DNA from: Haliotis rubra
Taxonomy: Eukaryota
Assembly (NCBI RefSeq): GCF_003918875.1
Contig: NW_025767511.1
Coordinates: forward strand, 186,001 to 250,000
Length of the DNA: 64,000 bases
Direction of reading: 5' to 3'
Shown in pieces: positions 48,931-63,106 of the stretch. The notes beneath the pieces are model-generated. The model was given only the letters and a program-made list of their open reading frames with translations. It made no database searches and had not been told where the DNA came from. Position numbers and translations under genes: made by a program. How positions within the stretch are numbered: position 1 is the first letter of the stretch; each line of letters opens with the position of its first letter.

Positions 48931-50296
48931 AAAGTCCACCCACCAATCGCTAGAGACGTCCCATCGCCGAATACCCAAAACCACCCACCCCTTTAAACAG
49001 ACCATCATCACTGGGCCACCATCCGTCGCTAGAGTACACCCGCCCTTCTTAGAGTCAACTCACCGCCGACATAGACATCCCTCAATAGGCACCATCACCG
49101 CCGGCAGTCCACCCGAGCTAAATATCTCCTATCACCGACCCACCTGGAACCCTCCATTTTTCGCTTGAGACCACCCACTAGTAGCTCACCCATCACAGCC
49201 ACATCTCCTTGCTTCTATAGGTAACACATACATTCTCAACACACGGTGCTCTTCGCTGAATAGGCCTTCTCCAGTCTCATATAAATCACTGTCGAGGTAT
49301 CTGTTTGTCACGAGTTGGACCCACCCGTATAAATACTCTCTACCCCATCTAATCGAGTGGCATGACAAACGGTTTCCGGCCATAAAATATGCGAGAAAAA
49401 TCTTATCACATATCTCCATTTACAGTAAATTGATATGCTGTATTAAATTTACTCCACACCGTAAACACAAGTGGCCATTCTCCCCGGAGACAAAGATAGT
49501 TCAGAATAATGTTGTTAATGCTGAAATAAACACATATAAACGATATTGCCTCTATATATTATTTTGTGTTTTTCACGATGTAATGGTCCGGTTTTCATCT
49601 ACTGAACAGTCCCGTCATGTTCACTGTCACGTTCTCTCCGCCTATTAGTGTCGACTTGAAAGGTAATAGCATCTTTACAACTATAGCCATGTCACAGGGT
49701 ATCTCAAGCCATTCTAAACCCAGCCGTAATATTATCCTCGCAACTAATCCCCAATTGTGACTTCATTGTAAACCGTCGTCAGCGAACCGTCACCCACCAT
49801 TAAATGTCCACAGGGTGCTAACGTAACGCTTACGGCTAGTCTTACGTTAACATTCGCTTAGCTGCAGTCAGTCTAATGACAATGTGATATGTAATCTTGA
49901 TTCGGGCCCACCATTTAAATCTGTAGCCCGAACTGAGCTTGTTATTCGTAACTAGATAATGTATTCCCACTAATAAGGCTACATTATAGACCTTATAAGC
50001 CGTGAATTTTACGCGGCTTAACCATTTGCGGGATGTTACGTTTTTCACGCTGGTACATCTTTGATATTCCAATCTAGGAAGAAGTAAGTGGGTAATTGGG
50101 TTTTAGTTTGTTGACATTCCGCACAATGAAATTTGTCGTGATTACATGTCACACCGAAGGTTCATCACGCAAAGGGTGGATGAGATGGTTCTTGTGGCAC
50201 TATGACTGGATTAGGGAACGATGCTTGTACTCAAAGATGTGCTCCCAGTCACTGTAGTTTAGCTGCATTTCAAACTTACAATACTTAACTATAACT

Positions 50297-50845
50297 GTTG
50301 GTTGGTTTGTTGTTTAACGCCACACTCAGCAATATTCCAGCTATATGGCAGCGGCCTGTAAATAATTGAGTCTGGACCAGACAATCCAGTGATCAACATC
50401 ATGAGCATCGATCTACGCAATTGGGATACAATGACATGTGTCAACCCAGCCTGACCACCCGATCCCCTTAGTCGCCCCTTACGACAAGCATGGATTGCTG
50501 AAAACTAATTCTAACGCATATCTTTGCGGATAGACCCTTAATAATGACTATACGGGTGAATATATCTTATTAATGAGAATGAACTGAACCTCGATCTCGA
50601 GATACACACCTGGTAAAGATAAATAGGTCTTCAGCAACTCATGCTTGGCGAAAGAGGCGACTAACGGGAGCGGGTGGTCAGGCTCGTTCACACGGTTGAT
50701 GCACGTCATCGCATCCTGTTGCGTGGCACAGATGCTCATAACGCCAGTCACTGGATTGTCTGGTCCATATTCGAATATTTTAAAACCGCAGTCATACATC
50801 TAGCATATTAATCAATGTTTAACAAGCAAAAACAAGCAAGCAAAC
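50297..50845. mobile_element. Head-to-head family B SINEs (50297-50530 -, 50620-50845 +); other copies 56985-57283 -, 57993-58160 +, 58830-58985 +, 61164-61420 +
   Basis: Shared body ggtcttcagcaacccatgcttgtcgtaagaggcgactaacgggatcgggtggtcaggctcgc. Confidence 0.85.
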
Positions 50846-52559
50846 ACGTTGTGCACATAATGTTTAATTTAACCAGTTAGCCTTGTCTCCCATCGTTTCC
50901 ATGACGACACGCGTTGATTCCGTAATGAAAGTCGAGCCCTAAATTATTTATGTAATAAGTGAACGAAGTGGATGTATGCTGATCTCCCCCGATCGTTGCT
51001 GATCTTGATAAGACTACGTCACGGTACACCGCACTGTTTCCCGTCCTTGACACGTCCTATAGTAAACTGTTCATTTCGTCATGGAGGGTGGGGTAGCCTA
51101 GTGGTTAAACCGTTCGCTCGTCACGCCGAAGGTCCGTGTCCGATTCCCCACTGGGGTACAATGTTTAAAGCCCACTCCTGGTGTCCCCCACAATGATATT
51201 GATGGAGTGCTGCTAAAAGCGGCGTAATACCATACTCACTCACCTTAGCAACACGCAGACAGATGCACTCAATCGATTTTTGGTTCTGCTAAATTTTTAA
51301 AAATTAATTTGTAAAGAACGCTTTAATGCTATCGGGATGCGCTGACACGTCATCGACTATTTTACCGACGCTGGCCATTCTCTGGTCACCTCTATTAATA
51401 CCATTCCTATATTTGGATGACCTTCCGACGAGTGAGTGAGTAAATATGGTTTTACGCCACCTTTAACAATATTCCAGTAATATCACGGCAAGGGACACCA
51501 TAAATGGGCTTCACACATTGTAACCATGTGGGGAATCGAACCCGGGTCTTCGCGAGACGAGCGAATACTTTAACCACTAGGCTACCCTACCGCCCCACTT
51601 CCTGTGTCCTTGTACCTAACTGAAAAGACAAGGCGCAGAAACACATAACATTCTATAATAAAACGTTAATTTCTTCACGAGCCTTCTCATATATGTGGGC
51701 GGTGTTGTAGCCTAGTGGTTAAAGCGTTCGCTCGTCACGCCGAAGATCCGGGTTCGATTCCCCACATGGGTACAATATGTGAAGCCCATTTCTGGCGTCC
51801 CCAACCTTGATATTGCTGGAATATTGCTAAAAGCGGCGCAAAAGTAAACTCCCTCCCTCACTCACTCTCACATACATGTATGTTTATTACCCTTCATGGT
51901 GACTGCCATGTTTGGTGAAACCTCACCCCCCATAATAAATGACCAAAAACACCGGTCTCTATCTACGCCTAAGCTGACGTTGCTGGGATCAGTGGTAACA
52001 TTGAATTTCCAGGGCACAGACAAATATACGGACGTAGGAAAGAAAACACCCACCATGTCACGTGTCATGTATTGCACGTGCATGGGCTTAACCACTGGTT
52101 ACCACCACCTCATATCTAACAGTTTTCAATATTTTTATTTACGTAGATTTTTGCAGTTTCATGAATGAGTGACATAGGCATCAGTTAGATACATTGTCGG
52201 AATACTATGCCGTGCCGCCATTCTTTGCTATGCGTACTGACCTATTCTTGTACGCCCTTAATACGGTATACGGTACGTAATCGTGGCCAAGAACGTTAGC
52301 CGCCTCTGACAATAATATGCGATAAGAGTGTTCGAAATGTAACATGATTTGATAACGATTTATCTTTTCAAGACCTTAGATACAGGCTACCTTATATCAG
52401 ATTAACTGTATGTAAGACATTGCGAAGAAACAGTGTAGACGATAAGGATGTACATGTATTACATACACAGTGTACATCGTAATGACATGGAGAGGCAAGA
52501 TGACGAAGGCGTGGCTCTGTGAGGGCGAAGACGTAGAACGGTGACATGGAGTAGTCCGG

Positions 52560-53350
52560 ACGTAGCTGTTGGATTTTGACGTCGTAGATATAGGGCAGTG
52601 ACGGCGTAGCTGTTGGATAGTGACGCCGTAGATATAGGGCAGTGACGGCGTAGCTGTTGGATAGTGACGGCGCAGATAAAGGGCAGTGGCGGCGTAGCTG
52701 TTGGATAGTGACGCCGTAGATATAGGGCAGTGACGGCGTAGCTGTTGGATAGTGACGCCGTAGATATAGGGCAGTGACGGCGTAGCTGTTGGATAGTGAC
52801 GGCGCAGATATAGGGCAGTGACGGCGTTGCTGTTGGATAGTGACGCCGTAGATATAGGGCAGTGACGGCGTTGCTGTTGGATAGTGACGCCGTAGATATA
52901 GGGCAGGGACGGTGTAGCTGTTGGATAGTGAGGCCGTAGATATTGCGCAGTGACGGCGTTGCTGTTGGATGGTGACGCCGTAGATATAGGGCAGTGACGG
53001 CGTAGCTGTTGGATGGTGACGCCGTAGATATAGCGCAGTGACGGCGTTGCTGTTGGATGGTGACGCCGTAGATATAGGGCAGTGACGGCGTAGCTGTTGG
53101 ATAGTGACGCCGTAGATATAGGGCAGTGACGGCGTTGCTGTTGGATGGTGACGCCGTAGATATAGGGCAGTGACGGCGTAGCTGTTGGATGGTGACGCCG
53201 TAGATATAGGGCAGTGACGGCGTAGCTATTGGATAGTGACGCCGTAGAAAAAGGGCAGTGACGGCGTTGCTGTTGGATGGTGACGCAGTAGATATGTTGT
53301 GACGGCGTTGCTGTTGGATAGTGACGCCGTAGATATAGGGCAGTGACGGC
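52560..53350. repeat. 44-bp minisatellite, ~18 copies
   Basis: Unit gtagatatagggcagtgacggcgtagctgttggatagtgacgcc (starts at 52584, 52628, ...). Confidence 0.96.
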
Positions 53351-54787
53351 AGAGAAGAGTAGCCACGACGCACACACACAATAGAAACGAAGACATGAGT
53401 AGCAAAGGCGTCGAGATCATAGTGATGAACTGAAATGAGTCGAACTTTGTATTCGCTTGTTCTACGGCATTAGATTCAAGTTGCTGTGCAGTGTTGCATT
53501 CCCTGGGCACGCCAGGAACCTTTGATCGTGTGCCCGGATGTCAGGATCATAGCGGTAGCCTTAGTACATTTGCACCACGTGGACCCGGGTCAAACGGACA
53601 AGCTCAGATTGTTGCATACAGTCCCAAAGCAGGATTATGCACCCTTAAACAACATTCACATAATGTCTGTGACTTGGCAACCCAATCTTCCATCTTAAAC
53701 CAATACGTACGTTACAATATATCTTCCAAAAGGCCGTCATCTTCTCCGATCTCTTATATCAGTACAGCACACGGTATGCCTGCAGCTTTAACACCCTTCA
53801 CCCCCCAACCACACCCCCTACTCCCGACCTCCTTTCCGGGTCACTAAACAGGATCCTCTTCAGTTTCGACCCCGTCCTCACCCGTCTACGAACTCCCCAC
53901 CCCCAGTGCGTGGGAATCCCTTCCCCTTTGTTCACGTGTCTATTTACCCCTCATCCACATTCTCAGATCCACATGACCCTCATTTTCACCCATCCTACCC
54001 CTTCCACCCCGACCCCAGGACTAAATATCCCACAGAATCCTCTTCCTCCCCGGGCAACCTCTTCTCTCCCACGGTCCCGATCGAAGACACACGGAGAAAG
54101 TGTCTTAACATCACGAAATAATCCAGCAGGATAGCTTGGATTACCATGAATGACAACGAGCAAGGCCACAGACTGAAAGTGGGTCAGCCCGGATGAGATA
54201 CTATATTCTTACCACTTAAGTTGCACTCCATTTGATTGTCAGGCGCTCCAGGATTCCCAGAGTCTTCTCGCTACGCTGAATAACCACCATACAGTACGCG
54301 ACCCTCAAATGGGAGTCCCGGGGGTTAAGAATTAAACAGCTCTCGGTTCATCACCTCGACCCGTTGGTGGTATCGTTTTATGTTCTCTCTGGAATCGATT
54401 ACCGGAACCTTTCCATTCCGATATTCTGTTACGACGAAACACCAGAGATACTTTATGCCTTTACAAAGCCTCTATTACACTAATACTCAAAGCCATATAC
54501 GGTTAGATTACGCTCTCTTGAAGCCATGTGCAATTAAACTTCACTAGCTCGAAATCTTATTTTGTTGCAATTCGCTGACTCGAAAATGTCACAATATACC
54601 AGAGTTTTAAATGAATGAGTCGAGTTTGCTGCCGCAAATGGCAAAACTCCAGCATCATCAGGGCATAGGAAGCCAGGAATCTGCTTCAAACATTCTGCCA
54701 TGCTGAGACTCAAACCCGGGCCTCCAAAACTGAACGCACACAGAAGAAATTCATAGGTTCTCTTGAACAAGCTTGGAGACATGGTAC

Positions 54788-55032
54788 AACGTAAAGCAAC
54801 GTCACTGCCTCACACCAATGAGGCAACGTCCATCACGCCGCGTGAAACAACGCCATTCACGTTACATGAAACAACGTCACGTGAAACAACGCCATTCACG
54901 TGACGTGAAGCAACGTCCATCGCGTCACGTGAAGCAACGTCACTCACGTCACGTAAATCACGTCACTCACATCACGTGAAACGACGTCACGTGAAGCAAC
55001 GTTACTCACGTCACGTAAAGCAACGTCACTCA
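54788..55032. repeat. Degenerate ~24-bp tandem repeat rich in CACGTG/ACGT
   Basis: cacgtgaagcaacgtcactcacgt-like units. Confidence 0.85.
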
Positions 55033-55316
55033 TGGTTGAAAACGGAAATGATTATCTGCCAGCAAATTCAACCATTTCGCGCAGCGTCGAGAATTAACTT
55101 CCTAACGTGAATGTTTCAGTTTTCAAGTTGTTGTTTCAGTTGTATTTTTATGAAGAACACGCCAGCAGTCACTTTAATCAAGCAAATTCTCCCAAATGTC
55201 CTTGCTGTTGATTTGAGTGTCTTCGTATGTTTAGCCCTAGCTTAAAATAATAAAAATATATCTCCGTACATATCTCAGCATATACCACTTTACGCCCTGG
55301 CACATCCACACTGTAA

Positions 55317-55681
55317 GACCGCCTCCGTGGTGTAGTGGTCAGAGCGTCCGCCCGGAGAGCGGAAGGTCGCGGGTTCAATCCCCGACCAAAAGACGTTAAA
55401 ATATGGTACTTGTTGGTCCCTGCCTGGCGCTCGACATTAATGGGTACAACAAGGACTGGTCGGCGCGGAGTCAGTATGATGTGTCTGAGTGGGGTATTCA
55501 TGCTTCACTGCGGCATGGTATCTCAGTGGGCTAGCACTATAAAACCAGCTTAAGTCTTGGCTAGTACAAGCAGCCACACATACACATACACACGCATGCA
55601 CGTCGTCATATGAGCGACATTTCTCAAGCACGACGTTAAACCCAATATCACCTCACCTCACCTCACCTCACCTCACCTCAC
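55317..55681 (+). mobile_element. Full-length tRNA-derived SINE family C (Meta-domain-like central region); second copy at 59405-59642, minus strand
   Basis: Head tggtgtagtggtcagagcg...gggttcaatccc, core aaaatatggtacttgttggtccctgcctggcgctcgacattaa, and (cacct)n tail. Confidence 0.82.
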
Positions 55682-58600
55682 TGTAATGTTAACTAATCAA
55701 AAGCGATGAATCATTTCAACATCCATAGGAAGCTATGTAAGTCTCTGCTAAAAGCAAATTCGATAGCGCAGTTCCGACTCAGTGCGCATGCGTTTTTGAA
55801 CCAGTATCACATAGTGATGATACCGGGTGTCCTCTAGCGAACTAACCTTCATCCTTTTTGGGCCGTTTTCGTTTTTTCAGCTTGCCTAACATTTAAACAC
55901 CTACCTCAATATCTATCACTTCGTTTCGACTTCAAAACGGTAGGGACGGTGGGGTAGCCTAGTGGTTAAACGTTCGCTCGTTACGCCGATGATCGGTGTT
56001 TGATTCCCCACATGGGTACAATGTGTGAAGCCCATTTCTGGTGTCCCCCGCCGTGATACCGCTAGAGTGAGTGAGTGAGTTTAGTTTTACGCCGCACTCA
56101 GCAATATTACACCTATACGGCGGCGGTCTGTAAATAATCGAGTCTGGAAAAGACAGCCAAGTGGACATCTGGCATGAGCATCGATCTGCGCAATTGGGAA
56201 CCGATGGATATTGCTGGAATATTGCTAAAGGGGCGTGAAGCCATACTCATTCACTCACTCACCCACTGACTCAAAACTGTAACTTTAAACACCAAAGCGC
56301 AATCACGTTCTGTTTATTACACAATGATACCATCCTTCCTTCATCAGTACCAAATGTGCCGTTGACGTTAAAATGGTACTTAGCACCTTCGCCAACTTCT
56401 ACGCTGGGTCTGGGGCTCTTGTCAGTTACTGTAGGTGTTAAGTATATATATTACGACCTTTTACTTTCCCCTGGTTTCCCCGAGTTGTATAAGTGTCGTA
56501 TTACACGGAACGCCGAATACAACGCATGGCCGTCACATTGTGCCGTGATCGTGGATCACGGGCTGAGAGGTTAACCTATTATCCTAACAGTGTATGTAAG
56601 TAGAATGTCAAACACTGCGAGGAGCTCGAGTGGATTTCGTTGAATGGCAGTAATAGCTTCGTCTCTATGCAAGTACTATCTTGTAATAAGGACAGGGGTC
56701 TTATTTGTACTCGTTATTTGCGCTTTTTAAACTGAAAACATTCCGAAAAATGAGTTAATTCTTTTCGGGGGCCACTGGGCCACGTACAGTGGGTATTCAA
56801 GAGTGTCTGGGGTGAAGTCCTTATGGTACACATGGTGTTTCACTGCGGATCGTGTGGTCACAATGGAGCCTGCGCATGGTTTATTGTTCGTGAGGGGTAA
56901 CAGGGTAACCTAGTGGTGAAAGCGTTCGTTTGTCATGCCGAAGGTCGAGGTTCGATTTTCTGCTTTGTGTGAAGCCATGTACGGGTTGGTTGGTTGTTTA
57001 ACGCCGCACTCAGCAATATTCCAGCTATATGGCGGTGGTCTGTAAATATCGAGTCTATACCAGACAATCCAGTGATCAACAGCATGAACATCGATCTACG
57101 CAAATGGAATACGATGACGTGTTTCAACCAAGTCAGCGAGTCTGTCCACTCGATCCCGTCAGTTGCCACTTACGACAAGCTCGCAATATGGCTGGAATAT
57201 TGCTGGATGCGGCGTAAAACTAAACTCACTTTCGACAAGCATGGGTTACTGAAGACCAATTCTAACCCAGATCTCCACGGGTCGCCCTGTACTGGTGTCT
57301 CTGCGTATCCCCGACGTTCTATGGTTGGAATTACATCACACGGCCACTATTCACACTTTGCTGAGGATCAAATAGAAAACTATGATGTCGGGTCCAATTG
57401 GTTCATACATTTAAGCTTATTGTAAGCATGGTTTCTAGGTTTCAGTATGTCATTGCATCGTGTGGATCCCATACCTGCTATTGACAGGTGTTGTTTATTT
57501 GTCAATGACTCGTTTCATGATTTGCAAAATAGTTGATTGGTGCCATGAAACTATTTTTACGGTGACTCATGTATCAAGTGCATAAGGTTAGAATAAAGTG
57601 GCTGTCTGCCTAAAGAGGGGTTACCATATTAGTATTTATCCAGTTTTAAATGGATACAATTTCATATTATAAATCTACGTTTAAGTAAAGTTGTGAATTT
57701 TTGTGATCCTTATCAAAGTGTGAGTAGTATACTATACTTACAATATCGGTGAGTATGTCAGATCAGTTTTTCGCTGAAATGGAAATTCCCGATTTTCTCT
57801 GAAGTCTCGAAGTGAACGTACCATCTCCTAAATTGCACATCTCCATGTGTGTCGGATCGGATTGAAACGACACCTACTTAATATTTGCACACGAACCGTA
57901 CGAACATACTAGTAACTTGTCACCGTGAAGCCTGTAATGAAATCATAATTTGCAGATCCGGCAGCTTATCGTGAGTGATACGCTCCGAAGTGCCCGTGAA
58001 GATCAGGGTTAGAATTGGTCTTCAGCACCCCATGCTTATCGTAATAGGCGACTAACGGGATCGGGTGGTCAGGCTCGCTCACTTGGTTGACACATGTCAT
58101 CGCATCTCAGTGACATAAATCGATGTTCATAACGCCAATCACTGGATTGCCTCGCCCAAACTATCGATGCCTCCTTACTTTTGTGTATTGTTAAATGGAT
58201 ATTAAATCACAAACAAAATGAAATTTGTAAAGTCGCGACTGACCCACTTTCAGGAGAGCCGAGTGTCAAGCGAGACGATACTTTATGTATTTCAACCGAG
58301 TTTAAGTAGGTCAGACAATGACCTACATTCATTGATATAGACAATGCAGTATCTGCACACATATCTACCGGGCTTTTCTCTACATAGGTAATACAATCAG
58401 ACATGTTGGCAGATAAAACAGTCTGTCACCTGCTCTGGTAGTCACGAGCTTCAGCATGGCCCCACAAACACAACAGAGGAACAAAACCGTTAACAGATGA
58501 AGTTGTGGGACAATTGTTGTTGTTTACTGTTGTCAAGCGAGAAGGTAAACACATAAGCTTTACGAGATTATAAAAACCCATTACGAAACATTTGCGGAAT

Positions 58601-61503
58601 TTGGACATTGAATCCTTACTGATCTTAAACGTTTTTGTTGAAGGAGACTTTTTAACGTAATATGTATACTCAACAACAAAAAAAAAGGTAGCCACCCCGA
58701 TTTTCAATATTAGTGGATTTAGTAGTACATATTATGATGCATATCATGCTTGAATATTGAATATTGGTATGGTCCTTAACCGTTTTTGTTGAGTATATAT
58801 GTTTGAAATGGCAGCTTTTGACAAATATCGCAGGCTCGCTGACATGTCATCATATCCCAATTGCGCAGATCGATGCTCATGCTTTTGATCACTGGATTGT
58901 CCGGTTTAGACTCGATTAATGACAGACCGCCGCCTATAGTTGGAAAATTGCTGAGGGCAGCGTTAAACAACAAAACAACAACAACTAGTATCGACTACCG
59001 GCTGTACCTGATAAGTAACCTGAACAAACACCGTATGTTTGTAAAGTGTGATGTTGTTTATGGCGTTTGGAACCATATATTTCAACCATGTTGGGAGTAA
59101 AAACAGTTGAAGTACATGTATTGCTTACGGGTGAAATATTTGAATAGGTGAGTATGCGAGAACGTTATTTTTATGATCTCAATTATTATTTTCACATTAA
59201 TCTAATTATAATGATCATTTAGAATGTAAAATAACATATCGTGCATTTATGTGCTTATGTGTAGTACTGTTTGCCCGAAGAACTAATTTTGGCAAACTGC
59301 TTGTATGAAGATAATTAATTCGGTATAGCAAACCTTATGACAAAAACACCATTATCATAACATATTTATATCATTATAAGTTGATGCATGGTGAAATGGC
59401 TTTGTACTTGAGAATATTTCGCTCATATGACGACATGCATGCGTCCCAGACTTAAGCTGGTTTTATAGTGCTAGCTCACTGAGATACCATGCCCTTAGAA
59501 TACCCCACTCAGACACATTATACTGACTCCGAGTCAACCAGTCCTTGTTGTACCTATTAATGCCGAGCGCCAGCTGGAAGGGAGCAACAAGTACCTTATG
59601 GTACCGTCTTTGATATGACGCGTCCGGGGGTCGAACCCGCGAACTGCATCTCTTTTACCCAGTGGAGAAATATTATTTTTCACAAAGAAGACATATGTTT
59701 TGTCATATTCAAATACCGTTATCGTGATTAACATGAATTGATTTCTTCCGTTTACTAAATAACGTATTATTTTTACCAAAACCAAAGGTCAACAGAACCA
59801 TCCTTATATGTTTCGTTTATTTTTGTTTTCAGTATATACAGCTTGACTGTAAAGAAGCGTCTCATTCAAACAATATTATAACAATATTTAGCTCGACAGA
59901 ACCTCAGAAGATTACATGGTTGTACTGCTAATTGGGGGACATGGGCTAGCCGAGTGGTTAAAGCGCTCGCTTGTCATGCAGTATACCCAGGTTCGATACC
60001 CCGCATGGGTACAGTGACACCATGGCGATGTTGCTGGAATATTGCTGACATCAGCATGAAACCAAAAAACACTCATTCCAACATTAAATGTATCATTTAT
60101 TACAAATCAATTTCATACGAATCTAACCATTACGTTGCGTTTTTTTCTGATGTTGAGTATATACACTTTCCCTAACAGTGTAAACAATGGCTTACTTCTC
60201 CGATTCTAAACCAATAAACCCAACGTGGACATGTCACCTCCACTGACAGTAACATGTATCGGGCCAAAAGAGCTTCATTTCAATATGTGTGCACTGTCTC
60301 CAGCGTAGGGCGTAGCCAAGGTTCAGTACTAGTGTTACCTCTTTTCGTGTTAGACGTGGCAGCTGCCATATTAGATACTGTGTTACTGAGACGACGCGTA
60401 CACGAGGGGCAGCAGTGTCAGCGAGAGTAGTGACACGGGGCACGACATCTGTGATGATATATAATCGTCAAAACGCGACCTGAATTCGAAATTGAAATCC
60501 CGATTTTGGGCTCATGACTGCCTTGCCCTCTCCCGTCCAAGGTTTGGAGAGAGCATTGAAACTAGCATCCCTATCGGGCCTGTCCTCAATCGGGGCTCAT
60601 GAATGGAATTGAATGGCCCGTTACCTGTGGACGGTGCTGTTGTTATTATGTATTTTTAACGGAGCTGAGATGACAGTTATTCAAATGTGTGTCGTAAAAA
60701 GGTTTACTTTCAACACATTAACGTCACGCGCTTAACGACCTTCAGGCACAAAACTGTCATGCAAGTGTAAAATGTACCACTCAACTTATGATAGGGATGA
60801 TGAGATATGTCACTATTAAAAGGTATATGATATATTGTGAGAATCAGTTACGTGTTTCGAGGAGAGATAAAAAACATCCATATGAAAGTGTAGCTATAAC
60901 CGTCAGCCATTATTATTGCATATTCGAAAATTCGTATTCATGTTGTTTGTGTCTCCATTGTCTTTAATCTCTCTGACGCTTGTACAGGAGAATGACAAAA
61001 GTGAAAACAATGCATATTTCTTTTTCTATTTTACAGGACCTTTAAGTGGGCCTTTAAGCCAAAAAATGCTTGTCAAAAATATCTCTGTGATGTGTGATCT
61101 GCGGAATTCACTGCTCTAAATAAAATCGGGTATTATAAAAGGACGTTTTAACATGGTTTTGTGACCCGTGGTTAGAATTAGCCTTCAACAACCCATGCTT
61201 GTCGTAAGAGGCGACTAACGGGATCGGGTGGTCAGGCTCGCTCACTTTGTTGACGCGTCATCGTATCCCAATTGTGTAGATCGATGCTCATGATGTTGAT
61301 CAGTGGATTGTCTGGTCCACACTCTATTATTTACAGACCGCCGGCATATGGCTGAACTATTGCAAAGTGCGGCGTTCAACAAAAAACAAACAAACAAACA
61401 AACAAACAAACAAACAAACAAAGAAAACATGCTTTTATAACTTATGTTGCTAATTTTACTCATTTTAAATAATTCTTTCTTTTTCTAGATTCATCCAGTG
61501 ACG

Positions 61504-63106
61504 ATGGTATCGTCCCCTGTGTCGTCACGTCTGGGGGATAACGCTCGTCATCGTTCTGTTCATAGCACATAGTGCGTCGTCAGACGAAGGCGGCTGTCCA
61601 CATGGTTGTACATGCTCCGCCACCATTATAGACTGTCGTCATAGCAACCTGACGTCACTTCCTTCCACACTTCCTCTTGCCGATACGATTGAGAGGTTAC
61701 TTGTTTCGGGCAACCGGATAAAGCAGATTGGAGTTGAACTTAAGTCTTACCCAGCACTCGAACGAGTTGATGTTGCATCCAATAACATCAGTAGCATCAG
61801 CGACGGAGCTTTCAGTGGCATAGAGAATCTGGACAATCTGATTCTTCGTCGGAATTATCTGGTAAAGTTGACGAACGAGACCTTTCAAGGTCTCCGCGCG
61901 CTCAAGACCTTGGACTTGGGATACAATGTCTTGAAAACCTTACCCAACGGTGCTTTCCGAGACTTGAAAAACTTGCAGCAATTAGATTTGATGAAAAATA
62001 ACATTTCATTCATCGAAGACGATGCTTTTGATGGCTTGGAGTCTTTGAAAGTTTTGAATCTAACAAGAAACCTTCTTCAAGTGTATCCTACAACCGCTCT
62101 CTCAAAACTGACATCCGTTACCCGTCTCGTCTTGGATGACAACAGGTTGAAGAGCATACCCAGATTTGCATTTGCAGGTCTTCGGAATCTGAAGTTTTTG
62201 AGCTTGAATGGGAACCATCTAGCAAGCTTAGAACCATCAGCGTTTGCCGTGCTGAAGGCAGGTTCTGGAACCTCTTTAGTGGAACTCTCCATAAAAGGAA
62301 CAGACTTGAACGATGTCCCAACTCCAGCGTTTCAAAGTCTTACAAGTCTTGAAATACTAGACATCAGTAAAAATAAATTCAAAATTTTCAAGAGGGGGTC
62401 TTTTAATGGGTTGAGAAGTCTTCGGAAACTGACAGTCACATCCTCTAGATACTTGACAACCATTGAAAATGGAACATTTGAATTTATGTCGAATTTAACG
62501 GAAGTCATCATAAGAAACAATAAAGCTCTTACGGCGATTGGAGAGAGGGCTTTTCCCACCGGGGGAACTCTTGTGGTTCTTGATTTAAGTTCCAATTCCA
62601 TTCACACATTTTATCGAAACATGGTTCCATGGGATAAAAATGCGACTGTTGATATGAGAAATAACCAACTGTTCTGTGACTGTAATATTGTGTGGATGTT
62701 TACAACTCTGAAGAACGCCAATAATCCGATGACAAAAACATATGCGTCAAATCTTTCCTGCACAGCTCCGGATTCATACAGAGGTAAAAATTTATTCTCG
62801 CTTTCCAATTCAACCTTCAACTGTGACATTGCTAAACCTTATACCCATGACGTTCTGAGTCGGGTCAAGGTCGCTGCAGTTGCTGCAGGCATCACAAGCA
62901 TTTTACTCATGTGCTGTGCGCTTTTCATCAAGTTCCGAAAAAAGATTTGTATGGTAGTCAGAAGACAGTATCGGTACCGCCAGTATAAAAACAATGGTTC
63001 TCTTTCAGAGAGTAGGCAGAACGGGGAACTCACTGAAGAAGGTACTGCAATGGAGGTCATAAGTTCATATAAAGATGACCCTGAAATTGAAGTTCAAGGT
63101 CAATAG
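61504..63106 (+). CDS. Type I membrane leucine-rich-repeat protein: signal peptide, LRRNT, ~12 LRRs, LRRCT, TM and short Tyr-containing tail; no TIR; 1-nt frameshift near the start
   Basis: The frame of ORF 61868-63106 is open back to 61502 (ITLVIVLFIAHSASS-DEGGCPHGCTC...IDCRHSNLTSLP). LRRCT NQLFCDC...CTAP; TM VAAVAAGITSILLMCCALFI. Acceptor ttttctag ends at 61488; Kozak acgATGg at 61504. Confidence 0.9.

Noticed and set aside
48105-48932. 275-aa and 250-aa Pro/His/Thr-rich ORFs resembling extensin or mucin
   Set aside because: Translation of a 34-bp minisatellite; the unit is not a multiple of 3, so the same peptide cycles through all frames.
52397-53379. 326-aa and 306-aa repetitive minus-strand ORFs; superficial CRISPR-like periodicity
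   Set aside because: 44-bp head-to-tail minisatellite with no unique spacers and no cas genes, in a eukaryotic context.
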